NCBI GenBank assembly: GCA_965219455.1 | Contig: OZ244744.1 | Location: 4,864,001-4,928,000 of the forward strand | DNA from: Candidatus Latescibacterota bacterium | GTDB taxonomy: Bacteria > Latescibacterota > UBA2968 > GCA-2709665 | DNA: 64,000 nt | Direction: 5' to 3' | In this document: one piece after another, positions 28,688-37,418 of the stretch | Layout of the letters: every line of letters begins with the position of its first letter | How positions within the stretch are numbered: the stretch's first letter is position 1 | Translations under genes and position numbers: made by a program | Notes under the pieces: model-generated | The model's input: only the letters and a program-made list of their open reading frames with translations | Database searches by the model: none | What the model was told of the DNA's origin: nothing

Positions 28688-28712
28688 ATCCAGTAAATCC
28701 TGATCCTGACAA
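28669..28712 (+). repeat. periodic ATCC repeat overlapping the GxxExxY stop codon
   Basis: ATCC at 28671, 28680, 28688, 28697 and 28703, ending aatcctgatcctgacaa. Confidence 0.7.
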
Positions 28713-28764
28713 TTTCCACCCAACGCCAGGTTGGAACCACGCCCACACACGGAGGAGTCGTAAC

Positions 28765-29997
28765 TTGAAAATCAGACCTGACCTCGTACCCTCGGCCGAG
28801 GAGGACAACCTGGAGGTCATCCAGCTTACGGATGAGTCGATTCCCTCGTCACACATCTACATGGAAGCGCAGATTTTCACGCCCGACTCACAGCGGCTGG
28901 TGCTCCATCGTTCCGCGCACCCCCATGGCTCCGATCCCAGGGACCCGGAACACAGGTATCTGATCTGCGACCTGGAAGATCGCTGCCGTCTGACGCCAAT
29001 TACGACCGAACCGGGAACGACCGCGCCCTCCATCTCACCCGACGGCGACTGGCTCTACTACTTCGTCGATGAGACCGACCCCGCGCGGCCCGGGCCGCTC
29101 ACGCTCAAACGGGTGAGTCCGGACGGGTCGGATTGCGAGGTGATCTATGTCCTGGATCACGCCATCCCGGGCACGGATTTCCGGATCAGCCGTCCGTATC
29201 CGCTCTCGACCATTTCATCCGACGGCAGGCGGATTGCCATTTCAGGATTCCTGGGCGACGGCCAAACCGAAGGCGCGCCGTGGGGCCTGCTCGTCTTCGA
29301 GATCGACGAGCCATCCGTACGGTTGGTCTTTCACGGCCCGACCTGGTGCAATATCCACCCGCAGTACACGCGGCAGACCGGGCCGGACGCCTCCCACGAC
29401 ATCATGATTCAGGAGAACCACGGAAACGTCGCGTCCCCCGACGGCAGGCTGGAGAAACTCGTGAGCGGACGCGGCGCCGATATCCACCTCATCCGGGACG
29501 ATGGAACCTGTCTCCGTGACTTTCCGTGGGGCCGGGACGGGAACGAATTCTGTCAGGGACACCAATGCTGGCAGGGACGGTCCGATATTGCGATCACGAG
29601 TACGTCGACACGCGAACCGAACGAGAGACAACTCATTTCCGGCCGCGCCGCGGCGCACGCCGGTCACCACGGCAGCCGGACTCCCGACGGATGGCGAAAC
29701 GACCTGTCCCGTTCGTTCAACGGACCGGATTTCTGTCATTTCGCCACGGACGTCGCCGGACGCCGTCTGATTACGGATGCCGGCCCCAGGGACGGGGGCG
29801 GCGCGGTATGGCTGTTCGATCTGCCCGGCGAGGCGCACGGCGCGTTATCGAGTGCAAGGAAGGTCGCGAGCCCCGGGTCGTCCTGGCGAAAGCATACCCA
29901 CATCCACCCGTTTCTGGCGCCGGACGGACTTTCCGGCTTCTTCAATTCCGACGAAAGCGGCGTACTCCAGGCGTACATGGTGCGCGGCTGGTCCTGA
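28765..29997 (+). CDS. beta-propeller protein, oligogalacturonate lyase/TolB-like
   Basis: IQLT, HIYME..IFTPDS, SPDG repeats, NIHPQY, GHQCW and HIHPFLAPDG...FFNSD motifs; GGAGGAG RBS with TTG start. Confidence 0.7.
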   Translation: MKIRPDLVPSAEEDNLEVIQLTDESIPSSHIYMEAQIFTPDSQRLVLHRSAHPHGSDPRDPEHRYLICDLEDRCRLTPITTEPGTTAPSISPDGDWLYYFVDETDPARPGPLTLKRVSPDGSDCEVIYVLDHAIPGTDFRISRPYPLSTISSDGRRIAISGFLGDGQTEGAPWGLLVFEIDEPSVRLVFHGPTWCNIHPQYTRQTGPDASHDIMIQENHGNVASPDGRLEKLVSGRGADIHLIRDDGTCLRDFPWGRDGNEFCQGHQCWQGRSDIAITSTSTREPNERQLISGRAAAHAGHHGSRTPDGWRNDLSRSFNGPDFCHFATDVAGRRLITDAGPRDGGGAVWLFDLPGEAHGALSSARKVASPGSSWRKHTHIHPFLAPDGLSGFFNSDESGVLQAYMVRGWS

Positions 29998-30034
29998 GCA
30001 CGTCTGAAATACCGCCGGTCCTTGAGTGTTTCCA

Positions 30035-31066
30035 ATGAAAGCCGTATTGCTGAAAGAGCCAGAGCGACTCGAGGTCATCGAACTACCCGACGAATCGCCG
30101 GGGCCCGGTGAGGTGTCTCTTCGAATCGAAGCCTGTTCAATCTGCGGGTCCGATCTGGAAGGCTTTCACGGACGGCACCCCAAAATGTCGTTTCCACGGG
30201 TCATGGGCCACGAGGTCGCCAGCGTCGTTCACGAGGTGGGCGAGGACGTTCTCTCTGTCAAGGTTGGGGACCGCGTCGCGGGGACCGGGCAGAAGGCCTG
30301 CCGAAACTGCGATCGGTGCCGATCGAGCCAGCCTTTCAGATGCATCCGTCCGGGTGGACCCGGATTCACGGCGCACGGTGCGTACGCGGAACGCATGGTC
30401 GTTGTTCCAGGTCGGCTGACGCCAATTCCTGACGGCATCACCTTCGAAGAAGCGGCGGTAGCGCAGCCGGTCGCCGTCGCCAATCACGCGGTGGCGGGTC
30501 GGGCCGGAGTGAAAGCAGGGGAGACGGTCCTCGTCCAGGGCTGTGGCCCAATTGGGCTGGCCTCGATGCTGCTGTCGAAGCTGAAGGGTGCGCGCGTGAT
30601 CTCCACGGATATCGTCGACTACCGGGTCCGGCGGGCGCGGGAACTCGGCGCGGACCTGGCGCTGAACGTCCACAGGGAGGCATTGCTGCCTCCAACCCTC
30701 GACCTGACCGGCGGCCGCGGCGTAGACAAGGTCATCGAGTGTGTCGGGGGCGACCAGGACGAAACGTTGCCCCAGGCGGTGGAAGCCGTCAAGCCAGGTG
30801 GGCTGGTGACCGTGGTGGGGTCATTCGTGAACAACAGGGCGACGCTTCCCGTGATCGATTTCAAGTTCAGCGAGAAGTCGGTGATCGGGTCGCAGGGCAT
30901 GCCGGAGGGATACGGTCCGGTCTTTGAACAGATGGCCGAGGGTCGACTGGACGTAAAGGCCCTGATCACCCACCGGATGTCACTTGAAGGTGCGCCCCGT
31001 GCGCTTGATCTGATGGACCGGAAAGCGGAAGAGGTGATGAAAGTAGTACTCTTCCCAAACGGATGA
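30035..31066 (+). CDS. zinc-binding (MDR) alcohol/sugar dehydrogenase
   Basis: CSICGSD, MGHE, CRNCDRC...C and GCGPIG motifs. Confidence 0.92.
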   Translation: MKAVLLKEPERLEVIELPDESPGPGEVSLRIEACSICGSDLEGFHGRHPKMSFPRVMGHEVASVVHEVGEDVLSVKVGDRVAGTGQKACRNCDRCRSSQPFRCIRPGGPGFTAHGAYAERMVVVPGRLTPIPDGITFEEAAVAQPVAVANHAVAGRAGVKAGETVLVQGCGPIGLASMLLSKLKGARVISTDIVDYRVRRARELGADLALNVHREALLPPTLDLTGGRGVDKVIECVGGDQDETLPQAVEAVKPGGLVTVVGSFVNNRATLPVIDFKFSEKSVIGSQGMPEGYGPVFEQMAEGRLDVKALITHRMSLEGAPRALDLMDRKAEEVMKVVLFPNG

Positions 31067-31199
31067 TCCGATTGCGCAGGTACTGAATCCGGGGCAGCGT
31101 TGGCTTCTCGCTGGTGCCAAAGCGTCGTGAAGAAGGCTGCCGGAGCGGCGAACCTCGACCGCTGAGGCGCTCGCTCTCAATTCACAAAGGAGATTCACC

Positions 31200-31556
31200 A
31201 TGGCCTTGGAGGTTTATCAGTATACAAAATGCGGCACCTGTCGCAAGGCGATCAGATTCCTGGACGATCTGGGCATCGAATACAACGCTCGAGAAATTAC
31301 GGAAACCCCGCCCTCGGAGCCGGAATTGCGGGCCATGCTCAACCACTACAATGGCGATATCAGGAAGCTCTTCAACACTTCGGGTCAGTTGTATCGCAAA
31401 TTGAAAATGAAGGATCGCCTGGACACACTGACAACCGAGGAAGCCGTAGGCCTCCTGTCGCAAAACGGGATGTTGGTCAAGCGGCCCTTTCTGCTGACGC
31501 AGGATGCCGGCCTCGTTGGATTCAGGGAAGACGCCTGGCGCCGCGTTTTGGCGTAA
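31200..31556 (+). CDS. ArsC/Spx/YffB family protein
   Basis: KCGTCRKA, LFNTSGQLYR and MLVKRP motifs. Confidence 0.9.
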   Translation: MALEVYQYTKCGTCRKAIRFLDDLGIEYNAREITETPPSEPELRAMLNHYNGDIRKLFNTSGQLYRKLKMKDRLDTLTTEEAVGLLSQNGMLVKRPFLLTQDAGLVGFREDAWRRVLA

Positions 31557-31629
31557 AGCGTAACCGCGGCGGAGCGTCGTCGGTTGGCAACGGGTATGGC
31601 TTCTTCAAAGGTGATAACGGGAGGGCAAG

Positions 31630-32274
31630 ATGAAGAAAGCGTTGATGGTATATGGCGGCTGGCAGGGTCACGAACCCGGACAGTGCGTGGAAATTTTCGC
31701 GCCGATCCTGGCCGATGAGGGCTTCGACGTGACGCTGTCGGACACGATGGACGTGTATCTCGATGCCGATCGGATGGCCGAATTGAGTCTTGTCGTACCG
31801 GTCTGGACGATGGGCACAATTGAACGGGAACAGGCGATGGGGCTGCTGTCAGCCGTCAGGAGTGGCGTGGGGATAGCCGGGTGGCATGGCGGAATGGCGG
31901 ATGCATTCCGGGAACATACGGAATATCAATTTATGGTTGGCGGCCAGTGGGTGGCGCATCCCGGCGGCGTTATCGACTACGAGGTGAACGTCGCGGATCA
32001 TGAAGATCGGATTACCCGCGGGATTCAGGATTTCAAGATGCATTCGGAGCAGTATTATATGCACGTGGATCCATCCAACCGGGTGTTGGCGACGACCACG
32101 TTCCAGACCGCGGTTGCGCCCTGGGTGAACGGGTGCGTGATGCCGGTCGTCTGGAAGCGGATGTGGGGTGGGGGACGGGTGTTCTACTCGTCGTTGGGGC
32201 ATGTAGCCCGGGATTTCGACGTGCCGGAAGCACGCGAGATTCAGCGGCGGGGGATGGTATGGGCGAGCCGGTAA
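31630..32274 (+). CDS. ThuA domain protein
   Basis: [27 protein letters not shown] and [10 protein letters not shown] motifs. Confidence 0.88.
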   Translation: MKKALMVYGGWQGHEPGQCVEIFAPILADEGFDVTLSDTMDVYLDADRMAELSLVVPVWTMGTIEREQAMGLLSAVRSGVGIAGWHGGMADAFREHTEYQFMVGGQWVAHPGGVIDYEVNVADHEDRITRGIQDFKMHSEQYYMHVDPSNRVLATTTFQTAVAPWVNGCVMPVVWKRMWGGGRVFYSSLGHVARDFDVPEAREIQRRGMVWASR

Positions 32275-32309
32275 CCGGGACGGAATTTCCGCGAAGTTGT
32301 GCGAGAGGC

Positions 32310-32338
32310 TTGACAAGGGCGCGCAGGTATTGTATTTT
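32310..32338 (+). promoter_or_regulatory. sigma-70 promoter of tRNA-Cys
   Basis: TTGACA-17 nt-TATTTT with an extended TG. Confidence 0.7.
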
Positions 32339-32353
32339 CAGATCATAGAGCGA

Positions 32354-32428
32354 GGCGGCGTGGCCAAGCGGTAAGGCAAGGGCCTGCAAAGCCCCGATTC
32401 GGCGGTTCGAATCCGCCCGCCGCCTCCA
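32354..32428 (+). tRNA. tRNA-Cys(GCA)
   Basis: GGCGGCG/CGCCGCC acceptor stem, CTGCAAA anticodon loop, GGTTCGAATCC T-arm, encoded CCA. Confidence 0.95.
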
Positions 32429-32506
32429 TTTGAAGGGTGGTTACACGACTGTCTTCTAGAGATTAGTCGTTGTTTTTTTGGAAGTAGGATGAACGGATAA
32501 TCCCGC

Positions 32507-32535
32507 TTGACAATATACGGACCGTTAGCTATTTT
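32507..32535 (+). promoter_or_regulatory. sigma-70 promoter of tRNA-Leu
   Basis: TTGACA-17 nt-TATTTT. Confidence 0.7.
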
Positions 32536-32545
32536 CGTACCCGGT

Positions 32546-32631
32546 GCCGGAGTGATGGAATTGGTAGACATAGGGGACTTAAAATCCCCCGGGCCGATAA
32601 GCCCGTGCCGGTTCGAGTCCGGCCTCCGGCA
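32546..32631 (+). tRNA. tRNA-Leu(TAA)
   Basis: GCCGGAG/CTCCGGC acceptor stem, GGGGA-CTTAAAA-TCCCC anticodon arm, long variable arm, GGTTCGAGTCC; CCA not encoded. Confidence 0.95.
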
Positions 32632-32664
32632 CTCTCACGATACCGAATCCAAGAGGGCTGTCCT

Positions 32665-33069
32665 ATGAAAATGGGAGATAAACAACTGATTATTGTGGGG
32701 GATAGGGTCCTGGTCAAACAGGAGGAACTCCAGGAGCGTACCGATGTGGGCCTGTATCTGCCGCAGACGGTTGTTGAAAAGGAGGAGGTTCAGGGCGGGC
32801 GTATTATACTGACGGGTCCGGGGATGCCGCTGCCGCAGCCCCACGACGTCGACGACGTGCCCTGGCAGAGCGTACCCGACCAACCCAAGTACCTTCCGAT
32901 GCAGGCCCAGGTTGGCGACTACGCCTTATTCCTGAAAAAGATGGCGATGGAGATCAAATTCGAGGGTGAGAAGTACCTGATTATTCCGCACAACTCCATA
33001 CTGGCGCTGGTTCGGGAAGACGGGGACGGCCTGGAGGGGTTAGAGGACATGGATGATTTCGAAACCTGA
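32665..33069 (+). CDS. co-chaperonin GroES/Cpn10 family protein (orphan type)
   Basis: GDRVLVK...T.VGLYLP...G...GPG...VGD...KYLII motifs, with an internal insertion. Confidence 0.85.
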   Translation: MKMGDKQLIIVGDRVLVKQEELQERTDVGLYLPQTVVEKEEVQGGRIILTGPGMPLPQPHDVDDVPWQSVPDQPKYLPMQAQVGDYALFLKKMAMEIKFEGEKYLIIPHNSILALVREDGDGLEGLEDMDDFET

Positions 33070-33102
33070 CGAGCCCGTCCGAAGATCCGCGCATGCGCCT
33101 TC

Positions 33103-33138
33103 GCGCCGGTTCGATACCCGAACCGGCGCTTCTTTTCT
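33103..33138 (+). terminator. rho-independent terminator
   Basis: gcgccggttcg/cgaaccggcgc stem followed by ttcttttct. Confidence 0.7.
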
Positions 33139-33847
33139 ATGTGGGTGCCTGGTCGGATCCTCCGGCAACCGTAGGCAGGTTTGAAAGCGGACTTGCCGGC
33201 TTATCTGAGGGCGTGGATTTCAGCGCATCCGGAATGACAACTCCGGCCGAGACGATCATCTGCAACGCTTCTTCAACCGTGAGAGAAACGTTCCGCACCT
33301 TTTCCGGCGGAAATACGACCGTCCAGCCGGTGGCGGGATTCGGTGAGGTCGGAATAAACACGCAACAACCAATCTGGCCTTCCTCGCCCATCGGAATGTC
33401 TCCGGTCGCGAAACCCAGAATCCACAGCCCGTCGGTAGGATATTCGGCGAGTACAACCCGGTTGAAGCCCCTTTCTTCGCCCGGTGAAACGACCGATTCC
33501 ATGAACTGTTTTATCGGGCCGTAAATGCTGCCGATCACCGGAAGACGTTTCACCAGGTCGTCTCCCTTGCCGATAAGGCGTTTGCCAAATACGTTGCCGG
33601 CCAGTAAGCCAGCCAGCCAGATCAGGATAAGCGTCAGGATCAGGCCCAGCCCGAAAACATCGTCTTTTGTCTGGAAAATGCGTTTCACCAACGGCTGAGC
33701 CAGCCCGTCGAGCCACTGAAAGACGATCTGCAGAACGATAAAGGTAACCGCTACCGGAACCAGGATCGCAATCCCGGCAAACAAGGTGCCGCGAAAACTC
33801 ATCCGCGCGCGTTTGCCCAAACTCGAAAAATGATCTTGCTGGCCCAT
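33137..33847 (-). CDS. DUF502 family membrane protein
   Basis: RLPVIGSIY, VVLAEYP and VFIPTSPNPATGW motifs. Confidence 0.9.
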   Translation of the reverse strand: MGQQDHFSSLGKRARMSFRGTLFAGIAILVPVAVTFIVLQIVFQWLDGLAQPLVKRIFQTKDDVFGLGLILTLILIWLAGLLAGNVFGKRLIGKGDDLVKRLPVIGSIYGPIKQFMESVVSPGEERGFNRVVLAEYPTDGLWILGFATGDIPMGEEGQIGCCVFIPTSPNPATGWTVVFPPEKVRNVSLTVEEALQMIVSAGVVIPDALKSTPSDKPASPLSNLPTVAGGSDQAPT

Positions 33848-33933
33848 CGATCCTCTGCTCCGGAGGCGCTGCAGCGTTCGACTGGATGTTTCCCGTTCCG
33901 AATTATACGGTCTTCTCGAATGAAAAGCAAGGT

Positions 33934-34971
33934 TCAGGGCGTCGAATCCACCTGTTTGAAAGTCCGGGCCATGAGGTCGATCTGCCGAAGATAGGGTTCT
34001 TTGCGCTTATTTGGCGAATAAACCCCGCAGTCGATGTAGAAAAACCGATTGGTTTCGACATCCACGAACGCGTAACTCTTGAATGGGCCCCCGGCCCATT
34101 TTTTTTTGTTTTCCCAAAGGCCCTGCAATACAAAAGCCAGGTTCCCCGCGAACTCGGCCTGGCCAATTTCCAGGTGATCCTGTACAATGCGGTCGCGATC
34201 GAAAAACCTCTGCGTGATCGTGTCGCGTTTTCGGATGCACCATTCCTCTGAGAGTTCGTCGGGGGACGTACCGTCCTCCCAGTAGACAAACAACCACCGG
34301 TTGGGTTCCTCCTTGGTCAACACCACAAATCCGCTGTCGGGATAGGCCTCCAGGATCCGGTATCCGAAGGCGACACGCACCTGCCAACCGAATTCGCGCC
34401 CAAGGCGGTCCGTAACGTCCGTCCGTTCGCCATATCGGTAGATCAAACTGCGAATCCCCTTGTTGCGTGCGTCTTCGATCCGTTCGTAAAGCCGGTCCGC
34501 TTCCATCCGGAGGTTTTCCACGAGGCCGGCGCTATCGTTGCCCGACACCGCCATAAGAAGTTGTTCTTTCGCCCAGACGTCCTCTTTCCAGAATACGGCG
34601 GACCGCTTCCGCCGCACGGCGTTTTGCGCGTTGGGACTCAGGATGTTCCTCAGGAAGTCCGCGGCGGGATGTGGGGCGTCCAGTTCGGCGACAACCAGGA
34701 TGTTTTTGCGCCTCTTGTTCTCGTACCTTTCGAAATCGGCCACATTGCCGAACTGCAACCGGAAGATTTTCTCTTCCTGGGGCGTATAGAGAATTCTCTC
34801 AAATACCTCTTTCAAGTGCGGTTCCAGGTACTCCCGGTCGGCCGGGTCAATCAGGACCAGAATCTCCTGTGCCGGTCCGACAGATTCGGGCAGCCGGGGT
34901 CCGCATCCGGCCAACGTGACCAAACCGAGTGCGGCCACGAATATCCAGTGATGTTTTCGGATTTTCGCCAT
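33934..34971 (-). CDS. DUF4837 family lipoprotein
   Basis: LAGC lipobox; TPQEE..F, DVWAK.Q, GLWE....GGPF.SY and YSPNKRK motifs. Confidence 0.75.
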   Translation of the reverse strand: MAKIRKHHWIFVAALGLVTLAGCGPRLPESVGPAQEILVLIDPADREYLEPHLKEVFERILYTPQEEKIFRLQFGNVADFERYENKRRKNILVVAELDAPHPAADFLRNILSPNAQNAVRRKRSAVFWKEDVWAKEQLLMAVSGNDSAGLVENLRMEADRLYERIEDARNKGIRSLIYRYGERTDVTDRLGREFGWQVRVAFGYRILEAYPDSGFVVLTKEEPNRWLFVYWEDGTSPDELSEEWCIRKRDTITQRFFDRDRIVQDHLEIGQAEFAGNLAFVLQGLWENKKKWAGGPFKSYAFVDVETNRFFYIDCGVYSPNKRKEPYLRQIDLMARTFKQVDSTP

Positions 34972-35440
34972 GGTGTCTTGATCGTCGGTCTCGAGGGAAG
35001 TGAAATTGCCGGCGGGCGGACATGCGTCGCTGCCGGCAATTGGTTTCTGACGTTACGCGTCAGAATATGACGTGCCCGCCGATCGCAAGAAACAACGATG
35101 GCGCGCGCCGCGCACGTCCGTCGTTGGCGGATCCGTAAACCACGAAAACCAGGAAAGCGTGAGGATGAGTTCCACCGGAACGCTCAACCCAGGGCCGGCG
35201 TGCCCATCTTAACCGCAGCCAGCGCCGCGGCGGGAAGCGCCTTCGAAATAAAATAAACGCGACGAGTCGGTGGGGAAAATAACGAATAAATCGAACATCA
35301 GAAAGGAAAAAAGCGGCGCTCGGTTTCAATGGCCGTAGACCATCGGGGAACATGTGAAACGGGGTCGGCGTTAGCCCGACTCGAGATCTCGAAAACCTGG
35401 TGGGTTGGCCGGCGTGCGCCCGGGGCCACGCCTGAAGGTG

Positions 35441-37303
35441 TTATTTGGCCGTACCCAGTTCCAATTGCATGGACCAGGTGTTCGACAGACCGCTCTGGGT
35501 GGTTTTTACCGCGTATCGCGCGGAAACGCGGAGGCGCCGCCCGGCGCAGGTGAGCCGGAAGCCGGCCGTACGGCCTCTGCCGGACAGGAGTTGCAGGCGG
35601 CTGCCTCCCCATACATCGGGCTCGAACGTATAGATGCGGGAATCGAAGTGCATAACGTTGAATAGAGCCAGCCAGGCGTCGGCCCGAAGGCGCGTCTTTC
35701 GCTGGAGGCGAAGGTCGATACCTGCGGCGCTGCCGCCACTCTTGCGGACCGGGGAGCGGGCGCCGGTGCTTTCCAGCCAGAGGTTGAGCCGCGCGGCGGA
35801 CCGCGGAATCGTGATACGGAGTCGGGCGCGTCTCTGGCGTCTAACGCCCGAGGATCCCGAAATCGTAGCCGTCTGCCGCCGCGTGCCCAGCACGAGCCGT
35901 ATGGTGGCGTATTTAAGGCGTTGTCTCAATTTGAGGGAGAATCGTTCTCCCCGCGCGGGTAGTATTAGATTGCCCGCAGGCGCGAGGCGGCCGTGACGGT
36001 CCAGGGTGGCCTGAACCCGGGTTCGCCGGCCGGGCCGCCAGGAGGCGCCTGTGAAAAGACCCCACTCGTTTCCGCCGCTGTACGCGGAGAAGGGGCCGCC
36101 GTGCAGGCTCGAAAATCCGGCCTGGTACCGGCGGGTAAGCATCACAAGGGTGAGGCGACCGAACCCGTGCCGCGCGCCGGCCAGCCAGGCGGTGGCGTTT
36201 CTGCCGGAAGCCGCGAATTCGCCGAAGACGTTCAGACGGCTCGAACGCAGGTCCCAATCCATACCGGCTGAATGCTGGCGCCGAACGTGCCCATGCGGAG
36301 GCGAGAATGTGGTTCGGACGAGGGTGGCTGCGACCCGGCCGACCGGCAGGTCGACGTGCGGTCGAAGCGCGGCCAGATTTTCCAGCAACTTGCCTCTGCG
36401 TTCCCGCTGGGTCCGGGTGACATGCAGGTCGGCGGTACGGATTGCGGCAACCCCCGCGCTGTCTATGGCGGCATCCCAGTGGTTTCGGGCAAACATGGCC
36501 GTCCACGTGATCCGGCCGGACCGGCCTTCCGCAAAGACGCCGCGGAGGGCACCGTCTTCAATCGCGGAGCGATTGCCCACGCGGCGGGCGTTGGCCGGTC
36601 TGGCCCACTCGAGCCCGGTCGAGGATCGGTTGTGCCTGCTGAAAAGGAGTCCCTGTCCGTATCCCGGGCGGAAGTCGCCCACGAGCAGACGCTGTAAGCC
36701 GGGAACGGCGGAGACCCTCAGGTATCCGCTGAGAAAGTCCGCGAGTCGTCCTTCCAGGGGGTCGCGTTCCGTGAGGAAAACGCCTTCCGCGTGCCGTGTG
36801 GCGATCTCGGACCGCTGGTAGAGCCTCAGGGTTGGCCAGGCGGTTGGATGGTTCGACGGACGCGTGATCCGGAGACGCGTCCGGACACGCGGACCTCGTC
36901 GGGAAGATACCGAAAGATATGGGCGAATTGCGGCGAGGACATCCGATGTGACGCCGGGCACCCTTCGAAGGTCGTTAAGGTTCCGGAACGGGCCGAATCG
37001 CCTTCGGTAGGTGATGACCCCGCGCGCGACTTCCGGAGATAGCCATGGCAGGGTCTGAAGGTCCTGCATACTTGCCTTGTTGACGTCGATGACCTGCCCT
37101 TCCAGATCCCGCAGCACCGCGAGGTACGATTCTGCGGTTTCAGGGTTTATCGATTCCTGCGCACGGGGGGTGGCAACGTGCAACGTGAACGGAAGCAGCA
37201 CGATGAACGCGATTTTCGGTCTGTGCCGGGCGGATTGAAAGAAATCGCATATCACGGACTGTTTCCCCCGACATGGATATTGCACATAAAATATTGGTAA
37301 CAA
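35441..37303 (-). CDS. ComEA-type helix-hairpin-helix protein with long C-terminal beta-rich domain (start uncertain)
   Basis: IDVNKAS..DLQTLP....A..VI.YR...GPF....DL.RVPGV; then ERDPLE, VGDF...YGQGL and RIYTFE motifs. Confidence 0.75.
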   Translation of the reverse strand: MLPIFYVQYPCRGKQSVICDFFQSARHRPKIAFIVLLPFTLHVATPRAQESINPETAESYLAVLRDLEGQVIDVNKASMQDLQTLPWLSPEVARGVITYRRRFGPFRNLNDLRRVPGVTSDVLAAIRPYLSVSSRRGPRVRTRLRITRPSNHPTAWPTLRLYQRSEIATRHAEGVFLTERDPLEGRLADFLSGYLRVSAVPGLQRLLVGDFRPGYGQGLLFSRHNRSSTGLEWARPANARRVGNRSAIEDGALRGVFAEGRSGRITWTAMFARNHWDAAIDSAGVAAIRTADLHVTRTQRERRGKLLENLAALRPHVDLPVGRVAATLVRTTFSPPHGHVRRQHSAGMDWDLRSSRLNVFGEFAASGRNATAWLAGARHGFGRLTLVMLTRRYQAGFSSLHGGPFSAYSGGNEWGLFTGASWRPGRRTRVQATLDRHGRLAPAGNLILPARGERFSLKLRQRLKYATIRLVLGTRRQTATISGSSGVRRQRRARLRITIPRSAARLNLWLESTGARSPVRKSGGSAAGIDLRLQRKTRLRADAWLALFNVMHFDSRIYTFEPDVWGGSRLQLLSGRGRTAGFRLTCAGRRLRVSARYAVKTTQSGLSNTWSMQLELGTAK

Positions 37304-37418
37304 GCGATTTATATGCCGTTGTCGATACGTCTAGCCGTCGCTTGCTGAAACCAATGCAATAGAAATGCCAGGGGGAAGCCGGGAATGGCGTGAGGAGGGA
37401 TTTTTCAGGTAGAGGCAA

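Noticed and set aside
32354-32631. tRNAs as integration sites for the island
   Set aside because: No duplicated tRNA 3' end and no integrase seen; the island ends about 3.6 kb away.
35240-35300. tmRNA-like 'ataaacgc' resume context
   Set aside because: The following frame (ATSRWGK) is not a tag peptide and there are no tRNA-like ends.
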